Position numbers and translations under genes: made by a program. A stretch of DNA of 64,000 nt. Origin: Armatimonadota bacterium. Its GTDB lineage: Bacteria > Vulcanimicrobiota > JACPDS01 > JBDRKI01. Shown in pieces: positions 59,923-64,000 of this stretch (position 1 is its first letter; the number at the start of each line of letters is the position of its first letter). Location: assembly GCA_043814095.1 (NCBI GenBank), contig JBDRKI010000036.1, positions 1-64,000 of the forward strand, given 5' to 3'. The notes beneath the pieces are model-generated. The model saw only the letters and a list, made by a program, of their open reading frames with translations, had not been told where the DNA came from and ran no database searches.

Positions 59923-61359
59923 TTGCGGATTATGGCTTGTTTACTTGTTTTAATACCGTTAGCAGTTATAATACTTCTAAACCTGTTCTTTAGAAACGTG
60001 AAAAAACTCGGCCTTCTTATGGCGGCCCTGGTTTCTTTAGCGCAGATAGCTGCTGTTTTATTTGTAAGTCCGTATTTCTGGTTTGCAAAGAAGCTGTGCA
60101 TCTTCGGTAACAGTTCGATGTTTAATTTTAGTATAACAGGATTAAGTCTTGTTATGATGTTGGCCGCGGGTATAACCGCGTTTGCCGCGGTTATGGTCGG
60201 CATGTATACTATAAAAGATGAGGAACAGCAGTTCAGTTTTTCAAATCTTGTGATTCTCGCTGTTATAGGCATGAACGGGATTGTAATGGTTACTGATCTT
60301 TTCTCAATGTATGTATTTCTTGAGATAGTTGCGGTAACTTCATTTATCCTTATAGCCCTTAACAGGAATGTAGAGTCGCTTGAAGGCTCGTTTAAATACC
60401 TTGTTCTTTCGGCTATAGCCACAATATTGATGCTTGCGGGTATTGCACTGCTCTTCTTAATATCTGGCGGTACTTCATTTATAGCCGTAAAGCAGGCGTT
60501 GTATACGGGCGGTCTTAATAAGATGGCCGCGTTTGCCATATGTCTTTTCCTTGGCGGCTTGTTTATAAAGGGCGGGCTTGTCCCGTTCCACGGATGGCTG
60601 CCTGACGCGTATTCAAGCGCGCCGACATCAGTATCCGTGCTTTTAGCCGGTATAGTTACCAAGACAACGGGCATATATACTATTATAATATTGTTAACTT
60701 CGGTATTTGTCTTTAATAAACCGATACAGGATATACTTTTATTGATAGGTGCGGTCTCTGTTGTTTTTGGAGCCCTGGCCGCCATTACCCAGAAAGATTT
60801 CAAAAGAATGCTCGCGTATTCAAGCATAAGCCAGGTCGGCTATATAATTTTAAGTTTAGGAACAGGTACCGCGCTGGGATTTGCGGGTGCGGTATTCCAT
60901 ATGTTTAATCATGCTATATTTAAATCACAGCTGTTTGTAAATTCAGCGGCTGTTGAAGAGCAGGCAGGCACGGTAGATATAGATAAGATGGGCGGGTTCG
61001 GGCAGAAGATGCCCATTACCGGCTTTACATCCGTTATAGCCTGTCTTTCAACTGCGGGTATACCGCCTTTGGCCGGATTCTGGTCCAAGCTTGTTATAAT
61101 CCTTGCTTTATGGACTTCAGGCCATTTTTTCTATACCGCTGTCGCGGTTATAGCAAGTTTAATAACGCTTGGATATTTTCTGGTGCTCCAGAGGCATGTT
61201 TTTTTCGGGAAGCTCCGTGAAGGTTTTGAGAACTTAAAGGAAGCCCCCTACGGAATAGCTCTGGCTGCGCTTCTTCTTACGGGCATAACTATCGGGATAG
61301 GCGTACTTTTCCCGTTTGTTGTAAATACTATTATACTGCCGATAAGCAAAATAATGTAA
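59923..61359 (+). CDS. antiporter-like membrane subunit (NuoN/MrpD-like)
   Basis: YVFLEI, KGGLVPFHGWLPDAY, KRMLAYSSISQ, GFWSK. Confidence 0.9.
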   Translation: MRIMACLLVLIPLAVIILLNLFFRNVKKLGLLMAALVSLAQIAAVLFVSPYFWFAKKLCIFGNSSMFNFSITGLSLVMMLAAGITAFAAVMVGMYTIKDEEQQFSFSNLVILAVIGMNGIVMVTDLFSMYVFLEIVAVTSFILIALNRNVESLEGSFKYLVLSAIATILMLAGIALLFLISGGTSFIAVKQALYTGGLNKMAAFAICLFLGGLFIKGGLVPFHGWLPDAYSSAPTSVSVLLAGIVTKTTGIYTIIILLTSVFVFNKPIQDILLLIGAVSVVFGALAAITQKDFKRMLAYSSISQVGYIILSLGTGTALGFAGAVFHMFNHAIFKSQLFVNSAAVEEQAGTVDIDKMGGFGQKMPITGFTSVIACLSTAGIPPLAGFWSKLVIILALWTSGHFFYTAVAVIASLITLGYFLVLQRHVFFGKLREGFENLKEAPYGIALAALLLTGITIGIGVLFPFVVNTIILPISKIM

Positions 61360-61399
61360 AGATTGAGCCTCGTTTAAAAAATACAAGGAGGTTGTTAAG

Positions 61400-61906
61400 G
61401 TGATAAATATAAACGGAATAAATATAGACGCACTGCTTCTGGTGCTTATGGTCCTGGCTTCACTCTGGGCCGTAATGGCAAGAAGCCTGCTCAAAGCTGC
61501 TATCGCTCTTGCGGTAGTAAGCGCTCTTTTAACAATTGTAATGTTCAGGCTTAATTCGCCTCTGGCGGGTGTGTTTGAGCTTTCTATCTGCGCCGGCCTT
61601 ATAACAGCGCTTTTTATAAGCGTTATAAGTTTGACAAACAGAACAACAGTTGCTGAGGAGATGGAGATTACAAAGAAGAGGATACGCAAATACTGGCTGC
61701 TGCCCGTGCTTGTGGTAGTCGCGGGATTTCTTCTTGTTATGGTAAAGATTCCCTTTGATTTCACGCTCCCGGCACCCGCGCTGGATACAAACGTAAAGCT
61801 TGTTTTCTGGAACCTGCGCCTTACCGATCTGCTCGGCCAGATAATAGCCCTGCTTGTCGGTGTTTTCGGCGTTGTAGTTCTTCTGAAGGAGGTAGTTAAG
61901 AAATGA
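61400..61906 (+). CDS. NuoJ/MrpA-C-terminal-like membrane subunit
   Basis: 5 TM; FELSICAGL; FWNLRLTDLLGQ. Confidence 0.75.
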   Translation: MININGINIDALLLVLMVLASLWAVMARSLLKAAIALAVVSALLTIVMFRLNSPLAGVFELSICAGLITALFISVISLTNRTTVAEEMEITKKRIRKYWLLPVLVVVAGFLLVMVKIPFDFTLPAPALDTNVKLVFWNLRLTDLLGQIIALLVGVFGVVVLLKEVVKK

Positions 61907-62223
61907 ATTTTGAGATTTCATCCTTTTTCTGGTTTTTTAACATATCCGTCGTACTGCTGTTTATAGCAGGTTTTTACTGCATACTGGTAACTACCAACCT
62001 TATAAGGGTGCTTATAGGGCTTGAGCTTCTCACAAAAGGGGTAACCCTTTTGATTATACTTGTGGGTTTTGTTACCGGCCGCATGGCGTTTGCTCAGACT
62101 TTAGCCATAACGCTTATCATTATTGAAGTTGTTGTTATAGCGGTCGGCGCCGGTATTATTGTAAGCGTGTTTAATAAAAATGAATCCTTAGATGTCAGAA
62201 AATTAAGAAAACTGAAAGGTTAG
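61903..62223 (+). CDS. NuoK/MrpC-like membrane subunit
   Basis: NLIRVLIGLELL, IIEVVV, LRKLKG. Confidence 0.85.
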   Translation: MNFEISSFFWFFNISVVLLFIAGFYCILVTTNLIRVLIGLELLTKGVTLLIILVGFVTGRMAFAQTLAITLIIIEVVVIAVGAGIIVSVFNKNESLDVRKLRKLKG

Positions 62224-62232
62224 GAGGCAAAA

Positions 62233-62565
62233 TTGAATTATTTATTACTTTTACCGCCGGTAGCTTTTGTTGTAATACTAATATTCGTGGCCCTTCAGCT
62301 TTTTGTCTTCGGCAAATACGGAGTTAAAAGCAAAAATGACGCGCCGGGCAAGAGAAAAGTTTACGCGTGCGGCGAAGATGTTCCTGTACCCATGGTTAAT
62401 CCGGAGTACAGCCAGTTTTTCTCTTTCGCGTTCTTTTTTACCATTATGCACGTTGTAGCCCTTATGATAACGACATTTCCCGCGGGCAGTATTTCAATGC
62501 TCGCGTTCGCACTGTTTTATGTTGTAGGCGGGATAACCTGTTTATTCATTTTGTTCAGGAAATAA
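62233..62565 (+). CDS. NuoA-like small membrane subunit
   Basis: K..YACGE, YSQFFSFAFFFTIMHV. Confidence 0.75.
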   Translation: MNYLLLLPPVAFVVILIFVALQLFVFGKYGVKSKNDAPGKRKVYACGEDVPVPMVNPEYSQFFSFAFFFTIMHVVALMITTFPAGSISMLAFALFYVVGGITCLFILFRK

Positions 62566-62586
62566 TCAAACGGAGGTAGACACAAG

Positions 62587-63027
62587 ATGGATCCTATTAC
62601 TAAATTAGTTAACTGGGGAAGAGTAAAATCCCCGTGGATAATACATTTTAACGGAGGGAGCTGTAACGGCTGTGATATAGAAGTGGTCGCGGCTTTAACG
62701 CCCAGATATGATGTTGAAAGATTCGGCATTCTTTTAAAAGGCAGTCCAAGGCAAGCCGATGTTCTGGTCTGCACGGGCGCTGTTACAAAACAGATAAAAG
62801 ACAGACTGGTAAGGATATATGAACAGATGGCAGAGCCTAAATTCGTGGTAGCCATCGGCGCTTGCGCGTGTTCGGGCGGTGTTTTTAAGGGGTGTTACTG
62901 CGTTGAAGGCGGGATTGATTCCGTGATACCCGTTAATGCCTATATACCGGGCTGTGCGGCTAATCCGGAAGCCATAATTGACGGAGTAGTCAAACTTCTG
63001 GGAACGCTCGCGCCCGCTAAAAAGTAA
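62587..63027 (+). CDS. [NiFe]-hydrogenase group 4 small subunit (NuoB/EchC/MbhJ-like)
   Basis: SCNGCDIE, PRQAD, GACACSGG, IPGC. Confidence 0.92.
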   Translation: MDPITKLVNWGRVKSPWIIHFNGGSCNGCDIEVVAALTPRYDVERFGILLKGSPRQADVLVCTGAVTKQIKDRLVRIYEQMAEPKFVVAIGACACSGGVFKGCYCVEGGIDSVIPVNAYIPGCAANPEAIIDGVVKLLGTLAPAKK

Positions 63028-63044
63028 TTTGGAGGAAAAGTTTT

Positions 63045-63527
63045 ATGTCAAAAGCTGAAAATTATAAAAATGAGCTGGAAAAAAAGTTTGATTATCTTAA
63101 AGACAAAATAGATATTAAAAGCGAGAACCGCATATTTACAAATTACCTTCCGGAAGAGCAGTTTAGGCCCGTACTTGAATATCTCGCAAAAGAAAAAGGT
63201 TTCTGGCAGATATGCACGATAAGCGGCATGGAAGAAGAAGATTTTTACGGAGCTATTTACCATCTTTCACATGAAGACGGCACTGTTTTAAGCTTAAAGC
63301 TGCGCACAAAAGACAAAAAGAATATAACCATAAAGACCGTTACAGAGTTTTATGCCGGCGCGGAGCTTTATGAGAGAGAATTAGTTGATATGTTCGGCAT
63401 AAAAGTAGAAGGACTGCCGGAAGGCAACCGTTATCCTCTGCCTGACGGCTGGCCGGATGGTGTGCATCCTCTTAGAAAAGATTATATAGTTGAAAATGAT
63501 TTAGGCAAGAAAGAAGAGGTGAAATAA
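63045..63527 (+). CDS. NuoC/EchD/MbhK-like subunit
   Basis: YERELVDMFG, LPDGWP...HPLRKD. Confidence 0.9.
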   Translation: MSKAENYKNELEKKFDYLKDKIDIKSENRIFTNYLPEEQFRPVLEYLAKEKGFWQICTISGMEEEDFYGAIYHLSHEDGTVLSLKLRTKDKKNITIKTVTEFYAGAELYERELVDMFGIKVEGLPEGNRYPLPDGWPDGVHPLRKDYIVENDLGKKEEVK

Positions 63528-63528
63528 T

Positions 63529-64000
63529 ATGGGTAAAATTACCATACCTATAGGACCCCAGCACCCGGCGCTTAAAGAACCTATGTGTCTAAGCGTTGTT
63601 CTTGACGGTGAAAGAATATTCAGCACCGGTTTGCGGCTTGGCTACAACCACAGAGGTGTTGAAAAAGCATGTGAATTAAGAACATATATTCAGGATATAT
63701 ATATACTTGAACGTATCTGCGGTATATGTTCGCATGTTCATGCCACAACATTTGCCCAGACGGTTGAAGCTATCGCAGGATTGGATGTTCCAAAACGCGC
63801 TCTATATATGAGAACTATTATAGGGGAGCTTGAAAGAGTTCACAGCCATCTTCTTTGGCTTGGTGTTGCAGGACATGAACTGGGTTTTGACACCCTTTTA
63901 ATGTATACATGGCGCGACCGTGAAGTAGTAATGGATCTTTTAAATCTTCTTACAGGCAACCGTGTTAATTACGGTATTAATACAATAGGCGGTGTAAGGC
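63529..64000 (+). CDS. [NiFe]-hydrogenase group 4 large subunit, 5' part only
   Basis: Manual translation MGKITIPIGPQHPALKEP...GYNHRGVEK...ERICGICSHVH (L1 Ni-binding motif)...ELERVHSHLLWLG. Not in the ORF track. Confidence 0.92.
   Translation, partial: MGKITIPIGPQHPALKEPMCLSVVLDGERIFSTGLRLGYNHRGVEKACELRTYIQDIYILERICGICSHVHATTFAQTVEAIAGLDVPKRALYMRTIIGELERVHSHLLWLGVAGHELGFDTLLMYTWRDREVVMDLLNLLTGNRVNYGINTIGGVR

Overview
An AT-rich bacterial genome segment (code 11), probably from an anaerobic diderm given the porin, radical SAM enzymes and group 4 [NiFe]-hydrogenase. In order, it contains: a partial class I HMG-CoA reductase, miaB, hslU and an MNT-HEPN toxin-antitoxin pair; a dispersed purine cluster (purH, an animal-PAICS-like purC-purE fusion, purM, purS, purQ, then purN, purF, purD, guaA, guaB, and separately purL) interrupted by a phoB-phoR-porin-pstSCABB-phoU operon; a two-gene IS element and a free-standing tRNA-Ile/tRNA-Ala pair; an accessory stretch of TA modules and secreted or lipoprotein enzymes (GH18, lysozyme-like, F5/8-GATase, YVTN propeller, tandem caspase, IPT/SBBP) with cimA, a CDF transporter, a stand-alone EF-G, an AGCS symporter and a long KamA-family aminomutase; and the start of an Mrp-antiporter-linked group 4 hydrogenase operon. 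The most notable observations are: (1) the PAICS-type fusion; (2) two PstB subunits with complementary degenerate motifs, predicting an asymmetric ABC importer; (3) a tandem-caspase lipoprotein preceded by four TTAACA boxes at 11-bp phase (Pho-box-like); (4) a long KamA protein carrying the glutamate 2,3-aminomutase substrate residues. All family assignments come from motif recognition by eye; no database searches were run.
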